From Klebsormidium nitens (taxonomy: Eukaryota; Plantae; Klebsormidiophyceae): a stretch of DNA of 63,863 nt. The stretch is taken from assembly GCA_000708835.1 (NCBI GenBank), contig DF236954.1, positions 360,052 through 423,914 on the forward strand. The letters are read 5' to 3'. The notes beneath the pieces were generated by a model that worked only from the letters and a program-made list of their open reading frames with translations, did no database searches and was not told the origin of the DNA. How positions within the stretch are numbered: position 1 is the stretch's first letter; every line of letters starts with the position of its first letter. Shown piece after piece: positions 22,701-35,195 of this stretch. The translations under genes and the position numbers were made by a program.

Positions 22701-25062
22701 CAGATCACGCCCCGATGGCCACCATGTAAGAATCATCCCACCACCTTGCCCTGATCTTTCAGTTCTCCAGCTCTTGCCAGGAACACCTTTAGGAACAGTG
22801 CGGCTCGTTCAGGGCACTCCCTTGCACCAATCTTCAACTTGCCCAGCTCCCAGCTGGGAAACAGACGCTATCAAAAACCTCAACACGACGAGAATCGAAC
22901 GAGAACAAGAACACCCAAGATGCTACGCAGGGACAAGGAGAGTGTTGTGGCCCCTCACGGTTGATCCCATTCAGTTCGGCGATCTTCCACAGGTCCGTCA
23001 CGAGGCCCGACGTCGTGCTGTCCACCAGGAACGCCCGCCCCGCAACGTCAACGTACCCCGTCACATTGTTCCTCCTGTTGACGGCAAGCCCGACTTCACC
23101 CCCGAGCAACCCCCCCGCAAACACCTGTGCCGTGAAGTTGTTCTGGCCCAGGTACCAGCTGAGAGCGTTGTCCGTGTGCTCGTAGGCAAAGTCCGCCGTC
23201 TTGTTCTTCAGCGCCGCAAGGACGTCGTTGACGTCAAGCACCTGCGGGAGGATGCCAAACCGAATTTCAGCATTTTAATGTTAGGGCTTTGGGTTGAGTC
23301 ACTGCAACCTCTGCACCAAGCACCCTGCCAGATTTACCAGCGTCTGGACTTGAGAACGAAGGACTGCCAGAGATCAGTCAGAGTCGCTACCATGCATCTT
23401 CAGGGTGATGAATTTGCTGGTATGTCTTCAGTTTTCGGATCCTCAGGGGTACCTGGGGGCACTCTCTTCAACGTCGTGGAACTTCCTAGATTGAGCGCTC
23501 TTTACACCATTCATCCACTGTTGCTCTTCCTGAAAGATCTGTGGGCTGAGTAACACTAGCACCAGCTGTGGAAGCTGTCATATTGCATTGTTTCCATTCT
23601 GCGGTTTTCTCCTCTGGTGAAGAGGGGTATTGAACCAGGATAGAACCTGCACAGACCTGCCAGCCTTGTTTGCAGTATTGAAGCTATTTTCAAAGTCTCT
23701 AAGGCTCCTGCAGACCAGGCGTGTTTCCTCAGGTTCACGGCTCCTTCAGACCAGGGACAGACCTTAGGTCATCTCAACCGGTATGACGGACCTTCAGGTC
23801 ATCTCAACCAGTTTGACCAGAACATTCGGAAGGTTCAGAGGTTTCTACAAGGCCTGGAACCAGACTGGTAGATTTTCAGCATGAGCATGAGAAAGAGCAA
23901 ATTCCTGACTATGCAGATTGGCTTAACAGAAAAACAGGAAATGCTTCTTTGGAATTCATGTTGGAATGCAGATGCAGCGTCCCCTCTCAGGGGCGCCCTT
24001 CTCCTTTCTTATAATCTGACACTGACCTTCTAGCGCCGTATCTGAGCTTTTTCTGAAGCCTAGAATCGTTCATAAGAACAGCGCCATGGCACTGAAAGAA
24101 GGTTCAGCACAACTTCTTGGTGAGCAATACTTCACAAGGCTGACAGTCTTACAGTTGTGAAGGGCACCTAAGGACACCACACATCAAACAATGCTTAAAA
24201 GGGAACTTCCTCTCAAGTAGATCCTACTTGTTCAATGTGACTTTTGCCAGAGAAAAGTTGGCAGGTAAGTATGCTCTTAGCATTATGGCATTGCATTGCA
24301 GGACCCTGTCCTGGCATTACTTTTACCGACACTTTAGACGAGGACCGAAAAGCAGCCAAGTTAAGGCGCACTCCCACACTGAAAGCGAATGTTGTCCAAG
24401 AAGCTCCTCTGCGAAGAAGGCAGGAATGGGGTGCGCCGCATTGCCAAAGATTAGTGCACTACATCAGCAGCGCAATGCTGTTGCTTAGTGCACAGGGCTA
24501 CCTCCAAGTTGTCATAAATGAGAGCGCCACATTGTCAATGAAAGGATGCTGACATTAGTGGACTGCAAAGCTGTTGCACCACAGGTTTGTGTCATCACCA
24601 TTGCAGCATTGCGGGAAGATGCAATGCAGAACACAGATCTGGAATCTGGAAAAGGAAGGAGGCTGCCAAGCGTGTCAGGAAACACCCAGATCTTCTTCCC
24701 CTTCCGATTCTGCGGGAGACTATTTGTACTCAATGTGATTGTGGTAGACTTCATCTCACTCTGAAGGCCACATTGCGTGAGTGACTCCTTTCTCTGCACC
24801 CCTGTTCCACAACCATCGGTCTTTGTTCAGAAGAATGGAACAAGCAGACCACAATAGCACTCACATTGCGAGGGCAGGGCACGACGCCGAACTGCCTGAA
24901 GAAGCCCTGCCTGTCAGCGACGCCAAACTCAAGCGGGAGAGGGGCCGTTGTTGCATAGGTCAAAGTGCACGGCGGCAGTTGAGCGTTCCCTGGGACGGCG
25001 CCAAAGTAGATGGCCAATGCTGCCAGGAGCAATGCAGATGGGATCCAGGAGGGAGACGCCAT
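19766..25062 (-). CDS. Secreted periplasmic-binding-protein-like (NMT1/THI5/SsuA-type ABC substrate-binding fold) protein, 350 aa
   Basis: Exons 25062-24865, 23241-22959, 22255-22062, 20750-20595, 19987-19766 are all GT-AG and in phase (1053 nt). Signal-peptide-like N-terminus, then VADRQGFFRQFGV, ADFAYEHTDNALSW, FLVDSTTSGL, which resemble class II PBP motifs (GFF...Gl, D....spDN, vD...SG). Confidence 0.7.
20514..20581. promoter_or_regulatory. Two 30-bp direct repeats (period 38), each containing a perfect ABRE TGACACGTGGCA (minus strand)
   Basis: agagaccctctctccacctgccacgtgtca / agagaccctctctatacctgccacgtgtca, immediately downstream of the exon-4 donor of the PBP gene. Confidence 0.55.
23766..23809. 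repeat. Short direct repeat (period 30) in PBP intron 1
   Basis: aggtcatctcaacc at 23766 and 23796. Confidence 0.6.
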
Positions 25063-25299
25063 GATGGCAGCCAGCTGGAGCTTGAGATGCTGAGGTCAAG
25101 GATTGCAGAAAGGTAAGATCTTGTGCGGAAGAGAGAAGACTTTCCCTGCTCCTCAGCTCGCTGAACTCGAACTACTAGTACCGGTATCTTGAGCCAGCCA
25201 AGGAACACCTGGTCCTGAATTCCTAAAGCAACTCGGCTCGACTCCGCTTAGATCTGCCGACTGCGGATCTGTTCATGAGTTCAGTGTCATTCCAAGTTC

Positions 25300-26270
25300 C
25301 AACCAGCAGACCAGCACCGAGTCTGCAGCAGCTACACCTGGCTAGGTACCTGGCTAGACCAGCACTGGCAGACTGCAGTCCCGAAATCATCTCTCGAAAT
25401 CATGGCATGGTCACATCTACGCGTTTTGGAGTCCCGACGGTGAAATTTGGAGCTTTCTCGGTACCAAGCTCTCGATTTTATCGATGTTCGGTACCGAGAA
25501 ACACACCCGACCCTAAACGCTGGGACTCCGCAAAAGTTCGGTACCGAGGTTTCGGTAGCTAGAGCTTCCGAAAAGACCCGTCCGTAGACTGGTACTATGA
25601 TTACTATCCCGGATATCACGGGAGCTTTCAATGTTCCCTCCTCGCTACCGAACTTCCAAAACTTGGTAGATGTGACCGGGAAGGCATTCTCGGTACCGTG
25701 AATTTGTTTGGCGCAATTCCCAAACTTTTTCCAAAGCTCAGATGTGACCATGCTATCAGCAAGACTCGATGATCGATGATCAGGTGTACCGTGTACCAAG
25801 AGTAGGTACCTACTACCGTACTGACCGGTTGGAACCCGCCGGCTACATGGTCTCCCCAGGCCCAGACCCCGGGCGGCGGGAGGAGTATCCGACTGTCGGC
25901 TGATTACAGTCGGATTCGGATACCGGGGACTTGGAATCAGCGTTCGACACCGAGTGTCGATCTCGGTGGCTCCCAAGCGGACTGTTCCCCGGTCCTTCGG
26001 CTGGGATTTAGTTGAACCGGTCGGCTTGTCTCACGCCCAAAGGTCAAACCATAATCACGATCCACTTGTCGTTCCTGTCCGCTTGTCGGCCGACGCCCCT
26101 CGGTTGAAGCGACCGAGTGGCAATTCCGTCGTGCCTGTTTGGACCGTGACGGCTCGTGTCAAATACTGGTCGGATGACTGTACCGGATTCCTGATTCCAA
26201 GTCCGGTCAAGTCCGTATCGGCGCACGGAATCGAACCACTGAATCTCATTTCTTGGTTCCGATAACCCGG
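25300..26270. mobile_element. Probable non-autonomous TE remnant rich in GGTACC/TCGGTACCGA motifs with an internal inverted repeat
   Basis: GGTACC at 25346, 25460, 25490, 25540, 25692, 25805; 14-bp inverted repeat at 25927-25940 / 26191-26204. Confidence 0.4.
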
Positions 26271-26891
26271 TTTGTAACAAGTTACGCACTAACCTAAGGC
26301 TACATGAATGAATACTGACATCTGCTGTAGGAGAGTTACTAAACGTGGCACTTCTGCCAACAAAGTTACTGCCAACCAAGTTTCTGCAGAAGTCGATCCG
26401 AAACTTTTTACACAATATTATTATTGTGTCGAAAAGGTACAGCTTGGTCGAACGGAGCAGTAGATTGCCAGGTTAACGGGAGCGGTACCAACCGTCGGGA
26501 TTTTTGTGCAGCTCCATATCATGTCGTCAGCCCGGCAGGTTGAACTAGGATGTCGGGGGTCAAAGAAAGTCCACAACCGGTCTGGTTCAATCGAACTTTC
26601 ACAAAATCCACAATTTTGTGCCAGCGTGTGTGTGTCATCTTTGTCGTCTCTAGAATCAAAACTCTTCTTATTTGCTCGTGACTCCTCAGACTTTGCTAGG
26701 GGGCTAATGCCGTCTCTTGTATAAGTCCTCCTTTTGCACCCCCCTTCCCATGGCTTCTGCAGGTCGGTGACGACGTAACACAGACCTTGAACAACATAAG
26801 CCGTTCGATTCCGATTTTGCCGACTATTTACTGTCGATGGTGCCCATAGGTACACAGACGAGTGGCATTATTATTTCCAATCAAAGCATTA

Positions 26892-27278
26892 GGCTACGCG
26901 AAGTTGATATGGGGATTCCGGTCCACCCCCTTCGGGGGTGGGTCGGTCGGTCGGCACAAAACAATAAATAAGATTTTGGCCCTTATTGGCAATATTTTGC
27001 TCATTTCTGAATAAGTGCTTCATAAATGCTGAATCCGGTATTGGAGGGGTGTTTTCGGCAGCAAATCAGTGGTTTGGTTACAACCGGGGATCAACTTCGC
27101 CAAAATGCTCAAAGTTCTCTCAGCACATCTTGGAATCTTGAAGCAATATGAGACAAATGGGAGTGCATAAGTGCTGTGTATCCGAGCAATTTTCAACTTA
27201 TTTTATGTCACTTTTTCAAAAATCTCCAAAATCCCGGTCGGTCGCGGACCGGAATCCCCATATCGACTTCGCGTAGCC
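26892..27278. mobile_element. Tourist-like (PIF/Harbinger) MITE, 387 bp
   Basis: 33-bp TIRs GGCTACGCGAAGT(T/C)GATATGGGGATTCCGGTCC with 1 mismatch, flanked on both sides by TTA (26889-91, 27279-81). A 3-bp TTA/TAA TSD is diagnostic of PIF/Harbinger. Confidence 0.85.
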
Positions 27279-28254
27279 TTATTCCCTGCTTGAGCCCGGT
27301 TCTTAGAAATGTGAAAGCGACAAAAGTCGCACTTGCCAGGCTGTTTCGGAACGAACCCCCGTGCTGATGCGTGCTGATGCAAGCAGCAATGGCTGCCACA
27401 GCTGGGGGGAATGCTTGCAGCACGGCCCGACTCTGCCAATGCCATTTCAATTTGTGGTGCTACTCCTCACTTTCGTCGTCGAGCTGTTAGATTTTCTGGT
27501 CGCGGCGGCGGCCGTCTTTATAGGAGCTTGATCTGCATTACCTACATGAGCTTGATGTTCTTGTAGTATGGTGCATCCTGGTAACTTCAGCAGGCGCCCG
27601 CAATTGCAGCAGCTGGGCTTTGCAGCTAGAATGAGATCAGTGCCTCTCGGAAATGGGGCTCCCAGAATTCAGATTGAGCCAGCCCTGTAATGCAGAAAGG
27701 GCTAGCTCAATTTCGATGGGCCGCGCGCTTGGCTTTTTCAACTTATGCTCCAGTATTTGTCGGTGGTGTCATCACTTTCTCTAGTCCAGATTCTGCGTGG
27801 GAAGTATGCCTGTCAAGAGATCAGGCTCTGGAATAGTGGTCTCCTTTGTGCAACTGTAGGGCCTTCTCGTGATAGGACCGTGTCTCGGGAAGCGCAACAG
27901 GCTCATCAGTCACGGTCACCAAGATAAAGCAGAGCTCACATGAAGGTCGGCGAAGGGTACATGTCTAGCTGACCGAGCTTAAACGTTTACGCCCTGAAGT
28001 ACGGCGTTGTCATAATTGTAAATAGGAACCCGTGGCGCAGCCGTTCGTTTGTGGGCCTAGCAGGAGTGCAGGTCTTTGCAATAACAGCGGCCCTAACTCA
28101 TCAATTCCACTGGTTTCAGCTGTAGAGCTCTGTGGACTCAGTTCCAGGGTTTAGGAGCGGGGTTTTGGACCTCAGTTTGTAGAAACAGGGTGTGCCGTTA
28201 TAGGAACAGAGTTAGGCTCTTGGGTTTAAAAGGGAGCCTGCGCATCGTGCCCAA

Positions 28255-29104
28255 ATGGCACCCAACCTGGCCGGAATCCTGGGAGGTCTCTTCACCAAGG
28301 CCGGTGCATTGGCCCAGAGCTTTGCGCACTACCAGAAGAAGATGTGCGACGCCGCGCTGGCCGAGGAGCGTTTCGCCCTGCTCGAGGTTCGGTCGACCAT
28401 GATCTCCTGCGAGAAAGCAAACGGGGGGATCCACTCCCAACCCTACCAGTGGCTGCACGAGATCCTCCTCCCCCCCACGGACGCCGTCATGCACGACTAT
28501 CTGCATTCGCCAGGACGGGGGGAGATCACAGAGGAAGCAAGGGCTCCCGAACCCCCAGGAATGTTCGATGACGACCCTGAAGTCGAGGGGCTCTTCTCTG
28601 AGATTGTGGAAGCGGAGCCGGGGTTTGAGAGCTCCATGCGGGAGCTCGACGCTGACATAAGGGCAGAGTATGATTGGCCTTTCAGCTTCCAAGATGCAGT
28701 TGTGAGGCTGGGCCAGATTGTGCTGCCGCTGTTGGAGGTGGGGAACCCGGGGAGCGGGACAGCAGGGGTGGATGCGGTTATCGGCGCAGACGTGATGCAG
28801 GAGAGGCGGAGCGGGCCTGGGGGCGCGCTCACGCCTGCGGAATCAAGTGTTAGGGTGAGCTAAGCTAGCTTCCTTCCCGTCTGTTCCTTTTGAGCTCACA
28901 TCACTTATGCTTGTTGTCCATGATTTGATGTTTTTCCTCTCACAGTCGATTCATGTAGCAGCCAGCTCTTTCGTGACCTTCTTGAATGTTTTTCCGCTCG
29001 CTTGGTCGCAGGCTGGGGTTTGTCTCTGCTTTCAGTATGTTGGGCCAGTCATGGAGCGTGAAGCAGCAGACTTCACCACTCTGAAGTCTTGCCTTGACAA
29101 TTGA
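28255..29104 (+). CDS. Hypothetical acidic protein, about 222 aa
   Basis: GC3-biased ORF 28255-28854, AGG|gtgagc donor, candidate in-phase terminal exon 29036-29104. No family recognised. Confidence 0.55.
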
Positions 29105-31666
29105 TGAGATCCTGTAGTGTGGATTCAGCGGCTTTGAATGTTTGACGCTTTTAGAGAAGTTGAAAAGCTCTTGTTGCAGAACTGGGTCCTTTTGAGTCTT
29201 CTGACCATACTCTGACTTGGAAAATGGGTAGTAGTGGGGTCAGACCCTGGAATCTTGCTTGAAAGGAACGATTGGATTGTGGTTGGATTTTGCCACTGCT
29301 TCGTATCAACTAGTGTTCTACAAGGAAGCAATCTATGGAGCCTGGATGCCTTTCAGGTTCTCTTCAAGGTCCTTGCGTTTAGATTCACTCCAGTTGTCGT
29401 GTTCAAAGCAAGCGCAGTCCGGCAGTCTTCTGGTCAGAGTTGACCATGGTTTAATCAGGATTCCTGCTTAATGTGAATCAAAACACTTTGGTGAAAGTTA
29501 GAGCTCAAAAATACAACGTTGGACTGTAGCTGCCTCTGGTCAGGTTATCCTCGTTGCAGTGATTTCTACCGCTCAGTCTCAACCTATGTCTTGAGTGGAA
29601 CACCTCGTGCATGTGGTGTTAAACCTCCTCACAATGCTTCCTTCTATTCCTTGTGCAGGTGGTACAAGATAGGATGCCTTGACACTGAAATGCGCAATCT
29701 GGCTCCAAGCAAGGCACCCCTTTCATTATCTCGAAACCATTACTGTAGAAAGTTGACCATTTCAGCAGCGCTAGCTGCATGAGTTGATCCTGTTTTTGTG
29801 GGTCCTTTGGCTGTAAATAGAGACGTGAATATACAGGCTAAGTCTTAATAAGCCTATACAAGCGCTGGCCTGGCATGATAAGTAAGCAAGCAAACGAGGT
29901 CACAAGCTTTTCAGCTGTTGTAAAGTTGGCAGCCCCTGTTAGTCCGCCTTTAGGTGTAGCTTCGAGCACAAGAATCTTGCGACTGATATAGGACATACAG
30001 TCTGGTTGAGTTCAGCCGTTTATCAGTGCTGAGCGTTGACTCACTACAGGACTCTTAACGGCAAGACCATATTTGCCGGCACTGCGGAACTTTTGCAAGG
30101 CGATCACAGAGCAGGCTTGCTTGGGCTGTCTATCAGGCTAGGCTGAAGCGTTTTCTTTGTGCATCTGCGTAAGCCAAGAATTGATTCAGCGGGCCTTTCA
30201 GATCACCAACGAGATTGGTGTCTGCAAATCGCCCGGTCATTATTACACTCAGCTGCAGTCATCAGGCCCTTACTTGTTGCTCCCGCATGGTGAAGGTCGG
30301 ATCATGAGTCGGTCGGACATGGCATCATGTTGTGATCGACTCGCTTCAAATCCGACGCTTCAACTTGCTTGAAAAGTTGCAATATCATCATATATAAGGT
30401 TCCCATACAAGAATCGACTTCAACATTGGTATAGGCGCAATCGCCCCCAGTTAATGTTTAAAGTGTCCGAGAGATCCCTGGCACATCAGACATTGCGCTG
30501 TATGTGCCGATCGAATCAGAGCCGCATGTATAGCTTCAGCTACCTGATTTGAAGCAATGATGGACCTAGCTTTCTGCATGCATGCATGCATGATTTTTAT
30601 GGTTCAACTGCATTCAATCAAGTCATATTCCCTTCGCTGAGTTATGATTTGGCATTCGACGGTGCAATGCTTTTTGCGTACCCAGCTATGCGCTCAACTG
30701 CAAGAGCTTACTCGTTGCTTTATTAATGTCACTGAGAAGGTCATAGGATTCAAACAAGGACCGCAGCTTGGGGGTCGCATCATGACCGTCTCAACGTGGT
30801 GTAGGCCCCATGTATGTGCAACAACTCGCAAGCTAGAATTTCTGTATGGCGAAGCTACGTAAACGAGCCTGGGTGATGACGTGGCATGCGACCAATTTGG
30901 TAAAGATCAAGTGTAGATATGCTTGTGCCGCCCTTGAATGTTTTCATCAGTTCAAATCTTCTTTTCCGAATTTGAACTCGGATTTCAGATGAGCTCACTA
31001 GTATAATCAGGCACGCCCGCTGTCAGCGTTTGATTGGTGACGTAACAGCTGAGCTTGGCACGCATCCCCCAAGGATACTAGTGAACGTGACCTTAGACAG
31101 ATCCACTGCGGGCGTTTCGCGATGCAAAAATGAAGCTGCAAGTGGCCTTTAACTAGAATCTGCGGGCGTTGTATTTGGCCACATGTAGGATATAAATCGA
31201 TTGATCCCAAGCAGCACATGACGCTCCACCGTCATTTGTCCAGCGAACTCGATTGAGGTCAGTGCTTCGCCGCGCCACCCAGCTTAATTCACTCTTCTCG
31301 TCCTACATTATAAGCTACTCGCAATCAGTTCAATTACCACCTCAACGGATAGGCGGGACGCAAGCACCCGTATCTTACATATGAACCGACATGTGTACAG
31401 CAGTCCTACGTCGGTCGCTCAAATGCCTTTACACTCTAGCTCGGGCAATACACGCAGCCTGCATGACTCCGCCGCCGTCTCGATTGTCGGCCATAAAACG
31501 CACACAAATGGCCGCCTTCTAGATTCCCCGCATGACTAACACCCAATCCTACCTATGATCCTACGCACAACGCACTCCTATTCCAATTCTCAATCAATAT
31601 ATATCTTCAGGCCTAAGCAATAATCTTCAGTCCTACGCAAACGCCGACGGGAATCAAATTTGACAT

Positions 31667-34600
31667 TTACGCCAGCACAGCCACCACCACAATTACCAGG
31701 ACAATCACGCCCAGAGCCACGGACCACCGGAAGGCTGACTTCTCCCAGAACCGCTTCTGCTTGCGCGCCGGCGCCGGCGCGGGCTGCAGTCTCACCGGCA
31801 TAACCACCTGGTTGGGGATGATCTTGAGGGGTTTGAGGGGTTTAAGCGGCACCAGCGGCTCGAACGCCGCGTCGGATCCGCGCATCGGGTGGTCGCCGCT
31901 GGGGGACGCCGGCTGCGACTCAGTGCTGCTGTCGCTGAGCTTGCGCGCGATGCGGAGGGTTTCGGGGCCGCCCCCGCCCGTGGCCGCCTCCAGGGAAACC
32001 ATGGCGATCTCGCCTGGACAGGAGAGAGATGTGCGGTGAGCAATTAATGTCTAGTGGTGCAAGAGTGTCTGCATTCTGCACAAATGGACTTTCATTGCTT
32101 TCTGGCTCGTGGACTGTGACGGTTGTAGGAATCAGAAAGCTGACGTCTCTAACTTTCAGGTTTGAACGCCCGGTGCGGTCCTCATGCGTTGTGCTCCCTT
32201 TCTGCCCCTAAAGCAATTTTAAGGTCCTGCAAGACACTGCCGACTTAGGGGGTGGCGTCAAAGGTGTGTTCCAATTGATCCCACAACGTCTTTTCCGGTA
32301 CGCGAAACGAACAGTCTGACAATCGTTTGATCCACGTGTCGTAAGTGCAATGATAGGTCGGACATCCCGAAGCTTTCTTTCAATATCCACCGCGGGCATA
32401 TTTACCCCGTCACGTGCTTCGAAGTTTGTCTGAGCCTTGCTAATTTGTTGCTTGGCCGGTTAGGAGAGTTTTCGCAAACCTTCATCACATCGACGATCCT
32501 CTCTGAAAAGATGAGAATCCTGCTCCCACTGCCTCCAGATAATTGAAGAAGTAAGTCCTTCTAATCCTTATCCTAGCCTTGAGATGGCAAGCAATCCTCT
32601 GGACATGCGAGCGACAACCGTCACCTTCATTGGGATACCGCGAGAGGACAAGCCGTTCTTTGCTGTCAATCGCTGGGATGCGGCGAATCCTGCCGGGTGA
32701 CAAATTTGAAGAAGGTACCTAAAAATACCTAAAAAGCGTTCGCTGGGAAAAAAAGGTGGTACACAAAGCTGAAGCCGCTCCAAGGCCTGGAAAACTAGTC
32801 AGACTCAACAGTTGCAGTAGCTGGGTAGAAAACCCGGACTTTCCCCACTTGACGCTTTGATTGGCTTCAGCGCCTTGCCTTTCGCCTCGATCTAAACCAG
32901 GCCTCGGAATCTCGTCGCAATCCATTCATCTGATGGAATAGAACGAAAGACTCATGGTCGACGCCTGTTACAACGTGGTTCGAATGTTTCTCGCTTCACG
33001 GATCTGTAAGTCGAAAGATAACAAAACGGATAAAGAACAGCAATATTAGTTTCCAGCTCGGACGACATACCTGGAGTCGCCTTCCCCAGCCTAGTCCTCG
33101 AAACCGTCCCGCTCTCCTCGTCATCATTCAGCGCCGCCAGCCCCCGGTCCACCGGATGCGACCTCAGCCAGCGGCTCTTCTTCTCCGCGCTGGGCGTCCG
33201 TTCGCGTCCGTTTTCCTCCTCACCCTGCCCGTCCGAAACCCTCTTCAGCGTCAGGCTCCGCCGCGGCCGCTTCTCGCCGTCCTCCCCTGCCTGCGACCCC
33301 GCTCTCGAGAGACTGGTAACGCCCTTCTGTCCAGCCGCGCTTGGCGTTACGTTTTGGCTGCTGTAGGCGGAGTCTCTGCCGTTCCTAGTCGTGCTGAGAA
33401 TGGGGCCAGAGAGAGACGGCCGTTTGGAGAGGGGACGAGAGCCCTGGCGGCTGATCTGGGTGTCGTCATAGCCGTTTGTGTAGTCTGCTTCGATGGTAAC
33501 CACGGTTGCTTGGTCTGCTCCTTGTGAGCCGAAGAGGTGCTGCCAATCTCCTCGAGGAACAGCGGTACCTGGGGTAAGGCAACGCACATCGATTAGAAAT
33601 CATGCGGGCGTTATCTTTAACTGCGTCTTCTAGCACAAGTATTAACTATGTTACTAGAATCTCCAGATTGGCAATGATGGTTGACAAGGTCTGTCCGCCT
33701 ACGCACAGGGCTTGACAAGGTCTCCGTTTGCATGTCCGATACAATGTGAGGTAGAATAAGCGGACTCCAGGAGGTCTCCTGCTTAAGCTCATGGTCGAAA
33801 CTGATGATCCTGTCCTGTCACACCCCTCTTTGCATATTCATGCAAAAAATGAAGCTTCTCAGCCCTTTCAACAGAATCAGCCCTGACGATTGTTGGAGTT
33901 TTGATAAGCTTGTAAACTCAGCTCGTGATGAGAGGAGCTTGTACTTGAGCTCAGCAGGTCACTTCAGCGGATGTTGGAAGAAAAGCCCCTTTCCAAGACA
34001 AGAAGCTTCCTGACTCACCTCTCTGTTCCAGCTCACTGATGTCAACCAGCGCACTTTCAGCAGCCTTCTCGCTGATTGGCTCGCCTGCTTCCCTCGACAT
34101 ATCTCCAGTCAGGCGCTGCGACCCCATGGCAGAACCAGTGTACAGATCCCCTTTACTAGCGCGCCTGCTCTTTGGTTTCTGCTGGACCTCAAGCTCCGGG
34201 GAGTGGCTGATTGGCTCCATTTTCAAGCTCGACCCATCCCTCTGCAGGGGCCCTGAGTGGCTCATGCGGCTTTGTGAGGTGATGCTCGGGTAGTCCTTGT
34301 CCCCAGGGAAGGCACTGTCAACGCTAGGCTGCCGAGAGGGCCCATACCTAGTTGCAGAGGACTTTCTGCTGAGAGGTACGTTTCCCAGAGGCCCTGACAA
34401 GCTCAGGCTTTCAGCAAGCATGGTGTTTGCGTAAGAATCTCCCTCCCTCCCTTCCCCCGACTCCATCCAGACCTGCTGCTTGGATGACCTCCTCGAGTGC
34501 TGCGCCCCCTCGCTATCCTGCCAGCCTTGATCGCTCACACTCACAGTCATGCTGGCAGAGATTGAATCGAGCTGAGCAGCGACGTCTGGGACTGTAAAAG

Positions 34601-35195
34601 ATCGGAGCTGGTAATTCTCAAGTGAGGCAAAGCTACTGCTTGGCGAGTCTCTTGGCGTTTCAGCAGGAGAGTAAACCGGATTGTCCCGACTGTTCTCCTT
34701 GGACAAAGGTGGTTCTGCGCTTAAGAGCCTTGTCACAGGATGCCGGGGACTAGGGCTAACTTCCGGTGAGCTACTCTCAAAGAACAAGGGATTTGAAGCC
34801 TGAGCCTCTTCAGCTATGAAGAGGGGGTTTGGCTTTCGAGTGTTTTTGCTGCTGAATATGTGGTTGCTTCCAAAGAGGGGAAGCAGATCTGACGCCTCCT
34901 GAACAGAGAGCTCTCGAGGAGTGCCTGCACCGCTGTCTGCTCCTATCCCAGATGGCCACTCTTTGCCGGTCCTCAGGGTTTCAGTTGGTAAAGGAACTTC
35001 AGCATCAACCTCAAATGACGTGTTACCATACGACACAAACGATCCTTGGGACAGACCCGATTGATACCTCAGATTGCTCCCCTTTCGCTGCTTGCTCTGA
35101 TTTTGTGAAGAGAGCAGAGGGGAACTGTCGGCTTCCTCTTCGTCTGCAATACTTTGTGTGGAAAAGGTCCGGAGGTTCTGCTCAGACCGGAACAT
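31667..35195 (-). CDS. Large S/P/E-rich disordered protein with a C-terminal transmembrane helix (tail-anchored or type II)
   Basis: Exons ~35195-34019, 33568-33071, 32013-31667 join in phase 1/1. The protein ends RKQKRFWEKSAFRWSVALGVIVLVIVVVAVLA*. Confidence 0.7.

Noticed and set aside
22696-23553. 285-aa plus-strand ORF
   Set aside because: Antisense shadow of GC3-biased PBP exon 2; the composition is not protein-like.
25332-25976. 214-aa ORF as a transposase
   Set aside because: Lies in the motif-rich repeat; no DDE or other catalytic motif seen.
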